From the NCBI GenBank assembly GCA_023334545.1, contig JAADVB010000008.1, positions 1 to 64,000 on the forward strand: 64,000 nt of DNA, read 5' to 3'. This DNA is from Salisapilia sapeloensis CBS 127946 (lineage: Eukaryota > Protista > Oomycota). The notes under the pieces are model-generated. The model ran no database searches, was not told the DNA's origin, and worked only from the letters and a program-made list of their open reading frames with translations. This document shows positions 33,261-44,898 of the stretch, piece after piece (the first letter of the stretch is position 1; every line of letters begins with the position of its first letter). Made by a program: the position numbers and the translations under genes.

Positions 33261-34088
33261 TTATAGGAAGCGAGCAACTCGACGGAGGTAGAGGTAGTAC
33301 GCACCTCCGCATAGTGCACCGCTGAGATGAGCGAAATGGCCGATGCCGTCCTGTTTGTCAGATGCCCACGCATAAGCGTCGCGACCGACGAAGAGAGTAC
33401 CGGCAACCCAGGCTGGCATCGGGACGATACCGAAAAGTAGCAACGTCGAGCGAGGGAAAAGAAGGACACTGAGTGCCGTGATGCTATTCACAGCGCCACT
33501 CGCTCCCAGGTTTAACTGCGCTCGTTGGTTGTACTTCTGTTCAGCGACAGCAGCAAAGGAAGAGAAGATACCGCTGCCAAGGTAGAGAGCTAGGAAGCGT
33601 TTGGGGCCGAGTAGAGTGCAGAGCTCCGAGCCGAAAAAGTAGAGTCCGACCATGTTGGTGAGCAAGTGACCGACATCCTTGTGGCTGAAGACGCACGTGA
33701 GCAAGGTATAGTAATGACCTCTGTCAATATGCGCAGAGGAAGTAGTGAAGAAGTTGACCATCCGATAGTATCGAGCACGAGACGATTGTGCATCCGACCA
33801 GAGCATTGTGACTCCAACGTTCGCAGTGATTAATAGGAGAACAGTGTTATGTGGACTGATCATCGGATTCGACCAACGGCGATTACGAGGTAAGACATCT
33901 CGACTAAAGTTTCGCGTTCGGATCATACTATTGTTCGTTCTGATCATTCGTGTCGCGAGTGGGCTTGACATGTAACTTTTTTGAGGTGCACGATGAAGAT
34001 GAGTTAGGACCGGTGAAGATGCGCCCATTCGTGGGGCATTTAGCATGCCCGTACCCCGCGATAAGCTCGCTCGCAAGACCGCGGCCAT
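33261..34088 (-). CDS. Rhomboid intramembrane serine protease, mitochondrial PARL/Pcp1-like
   Basis: FSHKDVGHLLTNM, catalytic GASG and HFAHLSGALCG. The Arg/Ser-rich, acid-poor N-terminus resembles a mitochondrial presequence. Confidence 0.9.
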   Translation of the reverse strand: MAAVLRASLSRGTGMLNAPRMGASSPVLTHLHRAPQKSYMSSPLATRMIRTNNSMIRTRNFSRDVLPRNRRWSNPMISPHNTVLLLITANVGVTMLWSDAQSSRARYYRMVNFFTTSSAHIDRGHYYTLLTCVFSHKDVGHLLTNMVGLYFFGSELCTLLGPKRFLALYLGSGIFSSFAAVAEQKYNQRAQLNLGASGAVNSITALSVLLFPRSTLLLFGIVPMPAWVAGTLFVGRDAYAWASDKQDGIGHFAHLSGALCGGAYYLYLRRVARFL

Positions 34089-34439
34089 GGTTCCTCACTA
34101 AAGATGTTCGATTGTTAATAACAATACGAAGTGATACAATTGAAATGAATCGTTATAAGTCGGTATCGGGCGAACTTGATGTACGCCGAGTGGATCTGTA
34201 GGAAGCTTAGTTAAGCGTGATTGCTTGACGCTACAATAAGAATCATGCTTTCGTAATGACACGCTACTTTTGACTGCATCAAGAAGGAAGTATCAGAAGA
34301 CATTGGCTAGACCGAGGGAGTACATCCAAGTGTCCAGATGTCGCTTCACATGATAACTCTTCGTGTACGTGCTTTTTATTTGCCTTGTCTGTTTGCCTCT
34401 CTCCGATTCTATCCAGCCGTCGGTAGGCTCTATTTCCTT

Positions 34440-34880
34440 TGACTACTCAGCGACCATCAGTTACGTACCTTTGAGGAGGCGTTCGATCTTCCCTATCTTT
34501 TCAACCTCGCGTCTGACAACCTTGTCGACTTTTTCACCCAAATCAAGTCAACGGATGATTGTCGGATCGAGGCTTTCAACGGAATTACCAATAGCTTCTT
34601 GGGCCTTCAAGTCGACTTAAAGTCATGGTCTGGCTTGAACAGCTTTTCATATTCATACCAAGACTTGGCATGATCGATGATGGCACATCTCAAATCAAAA
34701 GAGCTTTGATATCGTAAGCGAAGGCTAAAGTAGCATTTATTTCTTTGTTTAATTGTCTCACACACTTCTCGATGCGATAAGGATGTATGCTCGTCTTGTG
34801 AGTGTCTCTGCGTTATCTTCCTTTCGATGTTTGTTTGCTCAAATGTGCAAAGATAGCATGAGAAGAAATATAGGATGCGT
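34440..34880 (-). pseudogene. Possible disrupted coding relic
   Basis: About 90 stop-free codons without a plausible start (...CAIIDHAKSWYEYEKLFKPDHDF), followed after a frame change by protein-like text interrupted by TGA (DPTIIR*LDLGEKVDKVVRREVEKIGKIERLLK). No family recognised. Confidence 0.2.
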
Positions 34881-35583
34881 CATGGTGTCTTTCGAAGATC
34901 TAGCCGAGATGGAACGCGTGACTACATGTGAAAGACGTGAACAAGAGTTGGATATGTGTTGAACTTGAAGTCACGCTGGGCTGGGCTCCGTATTGACAGA
35001 CGTGCATGGATACTCCGTAGAACCTTGTAGGGAGTGGAAAGCGTCACATTGCATGTATGCGTTCCATTAGCGTAAGGAATTGTGAGGCAAATCTAAAAAT
35101 ATCAAGTATCATATTTATACCAATTCCTCTCCTGACAACCAGACTGAGATCCCATACCGAATACGGAGCTACTTGGAACTATTTACCAAAATCCGTTTGG
35201 TAACCTAGGATTCCACCCACTTTCAATGGTAGGAAAACGATCGCTAAAAATAGCCGTTGTCGATACAGGATGACAAATTAGCCTCTGACTCATACCTTAA
35301 AACTGCCAGGTAAGAAGGGCCTCATGTAAAGTTCAAGCTGTAGCTGATCGAGGGCTTGACGCCAAGAGCTACTCATACCCTACCGTAGTCAAAATAGAAG
35401 CTTATCATCGACAGATGCAGGCAACTCATGTGTACTTTTCCCCATCCATGACACATCTTATTCGAGCTCAATCTGTGTATGAGACGACTCGCCCATTACG
35501 TTATCGTCGAGTCGACATGCAGAAACCAGTCACTTGTAATGCTCTTGACATCTGCACGTGCCATTCTTTCATCTAGGTGAGGT

Positions 35584-35597
35584 CCACTTCCAATTTC
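35584..35597 (+). promoter_or_regulatory. Inr/FPR-like core promoter upstream of the secreted esterase
   Basis: CCACTTC-CAATTTC about 16 nt before the ATG at 35613; a near match to the oomycete YCAYTYY + MWTTTNC consensus. Confidence 0.4.
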
Positions 35598-35612
35598 GTT
35601 CTCGAGCGCAAA

Positions 35613-36929
35613 ATGCTCCGTTGGACAAGTGCATTCGCTTTCTTCGCCTTGCTGGCGCAAGGAGCTCGTGGTGATACGTGCGAAATTAAAGATGGGAACA
35701 AGTGTCCAGTGGACCAACTTCCAGCGCCTGGTGCCTATGGAAACATTGACATCTACCCGAACCAAGGAACACGTTGTGCTTTTGACAACTTTGATGAAAA
35801 GGACATCGACTACGAGACGAAGTCGACCTACAATTTCCAGCTCTTCCCGAACTCGGAGAATGACAAGTCCAAGCTCATGATCTACTTGCAAGGAGGTGGA
35901 GCATGTTTCGATGACCTCACTTGTAGCTTTAGCATGCAATGTGCTCTCGGAGACATGCGAACGTTTACGCAGAATGTCAAACCGGTGTACGGTGGGTTCC
36001 TCAACCGAACGGATGACAAGAACCTGTTCAAGGACTGGAATGTCGTCCACCTGCCGTACTGCACGGGTGATCTCCATGTTGGCGACCGTGTGTTGGAACC
36101 AATGGAGTCGGGCTTAGAAGCCTTGCTCGGACATCCGGAATGCGCTGGCCACGACATGCCGATGTACCTCAATGGCTACAATAACACGAAAACCGTTCTT
36201 GCGTGGGCTCACGAGAACTTCCCCAATCCGGATGAAATCGTGGTCTCTGGATACAGTGCCGGAGCCCTTGGCGTCCAAATCCTAAGTTCGTTCATCGCCG
36301 ACATTTGGAAGGTGGATGCCAATGACATCAAGTACAGTCTCATTATTGACAGCTATGTTGGTGTCCTTCCGGAAACCCATCCGGCCAGTGAAGTCTTGGA
36401 CTACTTTGGAGCCTGTGATCTTCCTCTTGCTCTTTCGGAAGACTTCCGGGAAGATTGCAACAGTGGGGAAGTGATGACGCAGGATTTGGTTGCACCAATG
36501 ATCCGAGAGATGCAGACACACTTGTGGCTCTTTATTACGAGCAAAGCGGACCACACGCAACGATACTTTTACCAAGCGATCAAGGATACGCTACTTGGAT
36601 ACCCGTTCACGGACCTCATCTCCGGTTCTGAGTTCTATGACGACGTCGAGGAAATCTTTGACGAGTACGATAACACTGCCAACTTTGCCGAGTTCGTGAT
36701 CGAAGGCGAACAACACGTCTTCGTGACCGACAATGACTATGTGGATTACGAGAATATTAAGGGAGAAAAGTTGGGACCATTCTTGACGAAGTGGTTGGCA
36801 TCTACGCCAAATAATGCGACGTCCGGTAGTGGCTCTGGTAGCGTTGGAAGTGGCAATGGTGCGCCATCTGACGGAACAGTTGGAGGCGATGCCGATACGC
36901 CAACGACGACGGTTCCGGCTGCATGCTAA
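35613..36929 (+). CDS. Secreted pectin acetylesterase / Notum-family esterase
   Basis: Signal peptide MLRWTSAFAFFALLAQGARG, YLQGGGAC, WNVVHLPYCTGDLHVG and nucleophile GYSAG. Gly/Ser/Thr-rich tail. Confidence 0.85.
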   Translation: MLRWTSAFAFFALLAQGARGDTCEIKDGNKCPVDQLPAPGAYGNIDIYPNQGTRCAFDNFDEKDIDYETKSTYNFQLFPNSENDKSKLMIYLQGGGACFDDLTCSFSMQCALGDMRTFTQNVKPVYGGFLNRTDDKNLFKDWNVVHLPYCTGDLHVGDRVLEPMESGLEALLGHPECAGHDMPMYLNGYNNTKTVLAWAHENFPNPDEIVVSGYSAGALGVQILSSFIADIWKVDANDIKYSLIIDSYVGVLPETHPASEVLDYFGACDLPLALSEDFREDCNSGEVMTQDLVAPMIREMQTHLWLFITSKADHTQRYFYQAIKDTLLGYPFTDLISGSEFYDDVEEIFDEYDNTANFAEFVIEGEQHVFVTDNDYVDYENIKGEKLGPFLTKWLASTPNNATSGSGSGSVGSGNGAPSDGTVGGDADTPTTTVPAAC

Positions 36930-39724
36930 GAAGCACTGTGCATCTTTCAAAGACGACAAAAAGATTTGTACTTGGTGACTTAATACAAGGAACACGTTTT
37001 GAGAATGAGTTGTCTATATTTTGTGCAGCATGTATATGGAGATGTAACTCTTGTTGGTAGCAGCTTCACGTCGACAGACTTCTACGTTGTGTGTAGTGTA
37101 CCACCCAGTAGATGTAGTAATCACGATGGCAGAAAGTTGAGTAGATGGAAACTTGAATGACTTGCTTTTTCATTCCACAAATTGCTTGTTGTTCTTGTAC
37201 ACGAAGAGTTGCATCCAAACTATATGATGAAGCTGCCGCGAGTAAAAGTCTGCTGTATTTGCAGCTTTGTCAATAGATGGGATCCTAGCAACAAAGTCTT
37301 GGGATTCACCCTGAGTGACTATCAACTACTTTAAAACAAAAGTGATATATTCCAGAAGCTGGCATCATAAAGCAGGTAAGGAGTCTCTTTAAAAATATTG
37401 GAAGCTTGTTCGCTGTTGATTCGAGTCTTATGCACAACGATGCATCACAAATTAGTCAGTATATGCTCATGTCTGCCAGGTTTGTGATCGATGTATACAA
37501 TGCATTTCCATAATGTTGACATTGTGTGATCGAATAGTAACTTCAGCTATATAACGGCCCGGTACACAGGCTTGGCTACTCTGAAGCAAACGACTTGGAT
37601 GGCTTCTACTGTAATGAATGGCGATTGCTCGTTCAATTTTATCTAAATCTAGCGTAAGAAAGTTGAGTCCAAACAAACGAAGCGGTAGTCTCTCAACGGG
37701 ATATTAGAGATAGTTAAAAGTGGCTTAAAGCACTCGGAGTATTAAGTTTTCTTCAAAAGAAGTTTATTCGTACTCGTTAGTAAAGATCGATCATATAACT
37801 TACGCGTATATATCGTATGAATAAGTATCAAAAGCGATATAGATCACTAGCCGAATCATTATTCATCGTGTATATCCAGTGATGTTATTCTGAAACTATT
37901 GCTATGAATAGTTTGTACGGCATGTTCCTGGCGTAGGCGCTACATAGGTCTGGAGTTATCCAACGTGCAAATACGTGAAGCTTGAGGACGCAACATGTAA
38001 AGTATCCTTCTAAAGCATTCATAAAGTAAAGCCCAACTATATTGCATCTTGAGCAGTAGAGGTGAAGGCGAGAACGGGTTTTGATCTGCCGCTAGTACAA
38101 TAAACTCAGAAACGGGTGACCTATCTACATTCGGATGTAAAGTACTAACGCATTCGAATTTGCTTTGTTAATCTTCCAGTACCTCATACAGAGCGCTTTT
38201 TATTCAGAATAATACATTCAGATTAGCTCTTGTACGTTAGGCACACGAATTTGCTAAGGTGGTAGATATTTTAAAGGTCTATCGAAGTATTCTCGTTGAC
38301 CAAGTTTCATGTTTGTTTCTTGGTCCAGGTTCACGATGGAGCCCAGCAAGCTTTGGGTAGAAACGATGCCGGTATCAATCCTTGCTCTTCTGTTACTTTG
38401 TGCAGCGCTTTCAGATATAGTTTGGCAGATACAACACATACTCTCTAAACTCGCTCGCAGCGTATCCATGCGGTAATTGAACATCACTCTATACCCGTCC
38501 TTGCGCGGTAATTGCTAGTAATCGAGATGCATTGCTTGTCGCCTTCAGTACTGCAATGCATTCATTTGAGCATGATGCAATGGTTCTTACATCGCCTCAT
38601 TTTAAGTGCCAAACGCGATTGATGTCTCGCGACCAGATTAGATGTCGATGGTACTAGTGAGAAAAGGAGAAGCGGCATCTTTCTCGACAATCGAGTTGTC
38701 GTTACTGAACATACAAAAATTTCTCGGCATAGACACTCGCGCAGCAAAACAAAGTGGAAAAATCGTTCTCATCATCGCATAAGACTTGAACAACTTTAGG
38801 AAAAGACATTCGCTAGATGCGGTTTCCATGAAAAGATCTTGAAGACACGAATTGTTACGATGCGAACATAGGTGCATTATGTGTGGTCTCGGTTGACTAA
38901 TTAGACTGCTTCATCTCCACACGTTATGACGCACATTGAAGATTGAACTGCAACGTCCGTTGGATAGCAGTTGGACGGAGGAGACACGATGTCCGTTCAA
39001 GTGTTAAGCCATACCGTGACGTGGGAGATACCTAAAATCGTGAAGTTTCGCTAAAAAGTTTCAGCGTCCGGCTTTCATCATTTCTAAGCCATCATGTCCA
39101 GTCATCTCGGGGTGGACATTTAGAGCATACAATCGCTTTTTGTCTTGTACTCTAGTGGAGAGGACAAGTCTACAAATCGTCTTTAGACGTGTAACGTGCC
39201 TTGATTCATTCATATACAGCACCTCGCATGGGGTAGCACCCATCAAGTCCAAAAGCAAGTCGACCGGATGTACGTACGTTTGTACACCATTTGCATGGAG
39301 GGTCCAACTTGAACTACAGCACGCGGTGTCAAAATAGATTCCGGCGCTATAGCAGGCCATACAGTGGTTTCTAGTCGTCCACCTCCCATACCTCCCTTCG
39401 GCCGATGCTACCCTATTAACTGGTGCACCAGCTCTCAAGCTGATGACGAAAGGAGTCGTACCATCGCATGGTCTCATACGCAGAGAGGTCCCATCTTCTC
39501 CTATTGGCTGAAATATCAACATTTTGCTAGATGTGATTGGCTGAAATACAGTCTGGCATAGTTTTCCTCCCTAAACAGGGAGAAATCGCATTTTTTCATT
39601 CCCTGGAGGCGAGAGAACGAAGGTGACGGAGCGTCCTTCCTCCTTCGATTGCTTGAACGTACAGACATTGTCTTTACATTCGTGGAAAAAAGTATCCGAC
39701 AGATCGTTTCGTATAGCAAGCACA

Positions 39725-41386
39725 ATGGGTGGAGAAAGTGTCCAGGTCGCCGAGCATTCGGCCAACAAACAGTTATCATCCGGCATGAACGGGCAATACA
39801 ACTACCCACTGACGTCGGCACCGCCGCAGATGATGCACGGACCGCCGCCGACGAGTGAAGTGACCTGCCTCATGTGCTGCCACGGGCAGGTCGACGTCAT
39901 GCTCGATCCGTGTCGGCATCAGTTCCACGCCATGTGCATCGAACGCCACTTTAAAGACGATAGGAGGTGCCCTGCCTGCTGGTCGGACGTACAGACGCAG
40001 CATCCAGTCATGTCTCCGTCCCAGTACAATTACGCCAGTAGTCACAGAGAGATGCCGATGGCTTCGGCCGGTCCGCCTGCTCCAGCTGCCAACATGCGTA
40101 AAGGCAAGTGGACAGCTGAAGAGAGTGCGTACTGTGACCGACTCATTGAAGAGTTTAAAAAGGGGAACTTACCTCTGGCAGAAGGCACGACGTTGCGTAC
40201 ATTTCTGTCGAAACTCTTGAATTGCGACCCGATGCGCATTTCCAAAAAGTATACTGGCGATCAGTGCATAGGTAAGATCATATTCCGCCGTCGAGAGGAT
40301 GAAATCCCTGCCGAGGAAGCGGAGCGGATTCGAAAAGAGCTGGCGGAGCTTGAGCAAACGTACTTGGAACGCGAGCGGTACAATCAACGACGACGGGAGA
40401 AACGGCTCGAGTCAGAAGTTTCTCGCGATAAGAACCGATATCAGGGCGTTCGAAGCGCAAGTGGGAAAGCACCGGCGACGTCTGCGCCGTATTCGACAGT
40501 AAAGTCGGAACCACATGCGCCGTACCAACACGCGTCTCGGTCGGACGAGTCGTCTCAGATGGACAGTTTTCCTCGCGTTTCGTCGATCGACTCGTTCTCT
40601 GTCCTCTTCCCTCGTGTCGCTTCGATTGAAAATATGTCTTCGTCTCATGTCTCGAATGAACAGAAGATGGCTGCTACCAGTGCACCGATGCCACCTCCGC
40701 AGGATCTCAATAGTTACATGGTTCGGACGCCATCATTAGACCAGTTGTCGTCATTATTACAAGAGCATGCACCTGCAAGTCCGAAAGCAAAGGAGGAGAA
40801 GAAAGAAGAGAACAGGAAGAGTGGCGTTCCAAAACCGTCGAACAAGATGCCACGCAGCTCATCGGGTATCTTCCCGCGGGTTCCGTCTATGGAGAAGATG
40901 GCGCGCGTGCCGTCGTTAGAAAAGCTACCGCGCATCCCTTCGATGGACAAGCTGGGCACATCGTCTGGACCAGATAAGATGCCACGCATTCCATCGACGG
41001 ACAAGTTGCCTCGAGTTCCTTCTCTGGACAAGTTTTCCAGAGTACCATCGTCGTCGGATATGTTTAGCTCAAAGATGCAAGGATCGGATAGTATGAGCAG
41101 CTTTCCTAGCTTCACCAACCTCTCGTCCATGTCGCACTCTGCTTCGCATGATAAGCTCAATGCTCTTGGACACAAAGCGACGTTCCCTCGGAATTCGTCC
41201 ATCGAAGACATCCTTTCGCTCGTTGCAAGCTCCGATTCTAATGGTGGCATGGCATCCAGTGGCTCACATATGCAGTTGAATGCGTTGGCGGCTGTGGCGG
41301 AGGAAAGTCATGATCGGAAGCGGAGGGTCGAAAGTGAAGAGAGTGGCGAGACGAAGAAGGCGAGGCTATCGGCAGGCGTCATGTAG
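39725..41386 (+). CDS. RING-finger + Myb-like DNA-binding-domain protein with RxxS repeat tail
   Basis: RING CLMC...PCRHQFHAMC...CPAC. Myb-like RKGKWTAEESAYCDRLIEEFKKGNLPLAEGTTLRTFLSKLLNCDPMRISKKYTG. Intronless. Confidence 0.8.
   Translation: MGGESVQVAEHSANKQLSSGMNGQYNYPLTSAPPQMMHGPPPTSEVTCLMCCHGQVDVMLDPCRHQFHAMCIERHFKDDRRCPACWSDVQTQHPVMSPSQYNYASSHREMPMASAGPPAPAANMRKGKWTAEESAYCDRLIEEFKKGNLPLAEGTTLRTFLSKLLNCDPMRISKKYTGDQCIGKIIFRRREDEIPAEEAERIRKELAELEQTYLERERYNQRRREKRLESEVSRDKNRYQGVRSASGKAPATSAPYSTVKSEPHAPYQHASRSDESSQMDSFPRVSSIDSFSVLFPRVASIENMSSSHVSNEQKMAATSAPMPPPQDLNSYMVRTPSLDQLSSLLQEHAPASPKAKEEKKEENRKSGVPKPSNKMPRSSSGIFPRVPSMEKMARVPSLEKLPRIPSMDKLGTSSGPDKMPRIPSTDKLPRVPSLDKFSRVPSSSDMFSSKMQGSDSMSSFPSFTNLSSMSHSASHDKLNALGHKATFPRNSSIEDILSLVASSDSNGGMASSGSHMQLNALAAVAEESHDRKRRVESEESGETKKARLSAGVM
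40871..41059 (+). repeat. Seven in-register 27-bp / 9-aa tandem units
   Basis: FPRVPSMEK MARVPSLEK LPRIPSMDK LGTSSGPDK MPRIPSTDK LPRVPSLDK FSRVPSSSD. Confidence 0.9.
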
Positions 41387-43269
41387 GATTTTTTCACGCT
41401 TTTCATTTTAGCTTTTGATTTTGGGATGGATGTGAGGTGCCATGAGGACAGAGGCTTCCTTCGTGTAATTTAAAGACGCTACAAACTCATGCAAGTTATA
41501 TGTCGTTCGCTCTTTTTACTTGTTCTCGGTTCGTTAATATTGGAAACAGTCATGCTCATTGTGTTGATTGAACTTTGATTGTTGCCATCTGTAGGAGCTC
41601 CTGGATGTAGAAGCCATGACTTGACTGATGCTTCAGACTTAATCTACACGACAATCTTCAATGACAGGATCCCATCTTTACATGTTTGACATAGTCATGG
41701 AGGTTGTCCACATTTATCTCAAGGTGCACCTGGTGTAACTTGACCTGCTAGAAGTTTATGTTGACGTGATGTACATCTGCTACGGGCGTGAATAATTAAA
41801 GGTATGATTTGCTAGGTAGCAGTGGTGTTTGACAGCCTAAGTGGGCGTCATGTCAACGCTCTTGGAAGCAAAATTGAGTTTTAATCAGCTATAGAAGATG
41901 TTTAATCGTCGTTCATCTTTTCAGAGTAGATTGGCTTGAAGAGCTCTCGATTACAGTTGCATTAAAATTCCGAATATCAGTACATTAGACAACAAGCATC
42001 TTGCACACGAATGATTTGGCTTTTGCAGACATGATTGGAAAGATGGCATGTTGATGGAAACCGGGAACACGGTTGGCTTCAAGGGTGTAGCAAATATGTC
42101 AGCCGAGTACACTACTTATTTACTTATTCCTTACACAGCAGCAATGACAGCACAATGAAAAGACTCCTTCAAGCCCTCTAGAGTTTCGTTCGAAGTGGAG
42201 TGCTCGTACGTAGGTGTTTCAGACGAGAATTATAGACGACAGAGCATGCGAGCCAAATTTTATCCAGTCTGTCTGCATTCTAGCAAGAGTTACTGATCTT
42301 GCATTGTCTGTTTATGGATGCAATCCTTGAAATAATCATGAAACGATAATTCTGCATCCTTTGCTACAAACATGGATCAGTCTCTGTTCTTGCTTTTTAA
42401 CTCAACTTCCACCTTGGTACGTAAAACAAAACAGTATTTTTCTGAACAATATCTAGTTTTTTGGCTGCATCGCTCACAAGACTGCTCAGCCAGTCATGTC
42501 TGATTGGAAATAGCGATGAATGGAAGTTAAGCGAGTTTGCCTGAGCGACTGTATCTGTATACGCATAGGACTTCAATAGATGTTGTTTGTCTTCTGTGCA
42601 AGATTGACATGTTGAAGACAGAGCAAATGGAAACTTGGAGATTGGTCACTAGAAATCAATGGTTTACTAGGAGCACTACATTTAGTAGACTTCAAATGAT
42701 AGTAAAGAGCGTTGCGGTTGTACACGATAGACACAGGAGGAAGGTATGCAAATTATGTTTTATCGCAGTAGAGTTTATAAAGTAGGTGCTTGTGATGTAC
42801 GGAAACGAAGTTGAGAAATACAAAGATAGTATCCGACTTGCTTATTAAATAGTAGAGTAAGTAACCTGGCAATGCGCTTTACACATCCATCGCGTATGTG
42901 CTCGTAGAAAGCAATCAAGCAAAAGAATTGAATGACCAGATTTACAACATCACGCGAGCAGTCAGTCTTCAATGAAACTTTGTTGTAGCTTAAGAATAAA
43001 CATCCCTATATATCACGAGTCTACATAGGCCATATCCACATACAGACTTCAATCCATATCACTTACAGCACCAAAGCTCCGATCGATAGCCGTGGTAGAA
43101 GCTAGAGTCGATCCAAATCCTTGCATGGAAGTATCCCTTTTAATTGGCCACTTCCTTTATTATCCACCAATAATTTCCATTTATCTATAGATCTTGGTTT
43201 CACTATGTTCCAATTTGGCGCGAGATCAAAACGCACTAAAAAGCCATTCGACCACCGCTCTTCCGAGTC

Positions 43270-44884
43270 ATGGTGGAGACGACATTAAGCAATGTGTTCT
43301 GGGGCCACAGCGCTGGTGTGCTGACCCTCTCATCGTCCGGACTTGTATGGCGAAGTCGGCAGACGGAAGCACAGAAGAAACTAGGCAAAGACGACATCAC
43401 ATCCTTCCTCTGGACGCCCATGGGTGGCCGCAAGCACCACGTCAAAGTCTACCAGAAAGGGGGCAAGTCCGTTCGGTTCACAGGTCTCGGAAAAGATGAG
43501 ATTGACCGTCTAAAAGAGCACGTGGAGACACATTTCGACCGTGAATTGGAAGAAGACAGTGTTTCATCCGTCGGTGGGAACTGGGGATCGATGCAGTTTG
43601 AAGGCAGTACCCTCAACTTTCGCGACCAAGACAAGAGCGTGCTGGAACTTGCCTTGGACTCGGTCTCGCAGTGCGCACTTCCTCAGAAGAACGAGGTACG
43701 TGCTGATTGGTTCTTTTGCTAATTTATTTCACGTCCGAAACAAATTAATTTGATTGCTTTAGGTCGAACTCCAATTCCATGAAGATGATACGGTTGCTGG
43801 AGATGAAGAGACGCTCGTAGAGATGCGGCTATACATACCTCCTGATGCCGAAGGAGATGAAGCGACGTCCAACCCGAATAGCTTCCGAGATGAAGTGTTG
43901 GAGAGAGCGAATATTCGTAGTGTCACTGGTAAGAGCATCGTGGAGCTAGATGAAAGCATGGGCACGTTCTTGACTCCTCGTGGTCGCTACGGCATCGAGC
44001 TGTACGGCTCGTTCTTGCGTATGCACGGCAAGACGTTTGATTACAAGATCATGTACTCGAACATCAATCGTTGTTTCTTATTGGAACTCCCGAACGGCTT
44101 GAACACTGCGTTTGTCATCAGTCTAGAGGAGCCGATTCGACAGGGTAAACAGGGATATCCGCATCTTGTCTTGCAACTGAGTAAAGAAGACGTCCACATT
44201 GACGTCAACTTAAATGCAGAGGAGATTAAAAAGTACAATGGGAACCTGCATGAACGCATGTCTGGTGCCTTGCCACAGATCGTCGCGACCTTGTTCAAGT
44301 TCATCGTCGGCAAGAAGGTGTATACGTCTGGTAAATTTAAGACCCACGCCGGTGATCGTGGTATCAAGTGTGCTGTGAAAGCCCAGTCCGGTGTCCTCTT
44401 CCCACTGGAAAAGAGTTTCATGTTTATCCACAAACCCACGACCTTTATCCGTTATGAAGAAGTGGACTATATCGAGTTCCAGCGGTATGCCGGTCAGTCC
44501 GGATCGTCTGCTAGTCGCAACTTTGATCTTCTCGTCAGCTGCAAGAGCGTCGGTGGCGAACCAGCTCGAGAGCACTTGTTCTCCGCGATTGACCGTCGAG
44601 AGTTCCCGGAATTAAGTCAATTCTTAACGCAGAAGAAACTCAAGGTACGCAAGGCCAAGGAGAATGTGACGGCCGGTACGAAACGTTCGAGTGAGTTGAT
44701 GGAAGAGCTTGGGCCGGAAGAAGGCGAGATTGAGGATGAAGATGAGGATTCGGACTTTGGACCGGAAGAGGAGGCGGAGGGATCGAGTGGAGACTACTCG
44801 GACGAGAGTTTGAGCGGTCAGGACTCGGAAGTGGAGGAAGAAGGCAAGGAAGAGAAGAAGAGGAAGAAGCAGAAGAAAAACTAA
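43270..44884 (+). CDS. SSRP1: FACT complex subunit SSRP1/Pob3 (no HMG box); 2 exons
   Basis: GGNWGSMQFEG, QKNE-VELQFHEDD, FLTPRGRYGIELY, PIRQGKQGYPHL and LFPLEKSFMFIHKP. Ends acidic then basic. Intron 43696-43762. Confidence 0.95.
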
Positions 44885-44898
44885 GTCTACTTTGCTTG

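Noticed and set aside
34545-34560. In-frame TGA as selenocysteine or readthrough
   Set aside because: There is no redox motif context, no recognisable SECIS and no intact gene around it. All confident genes use standard stops.
38254-38487. ORF ending ...PLKYLPP, reminiscent of Tc1/IS630 or pogo transposase motifs
   Set aside because: The motif is followed by a stop and no YSPxLNPIE or other DDE signature or terminal inverted repeats were found.
39061-39522. 153-aa minus-strand ORF upstream of the RING/Myb gene
   Set aside because: It has a TTG start, no recognisable domain and atypical composition, and it overlaps the probable promoter.
41400-43200. Short ORFs 42537-42785 and 42775-42972 and other fragments as genes
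   Set aside because: There are multiple stops in all frames, no splice-consistent model and no family motif. Treated only as part of the gene-sparse island.
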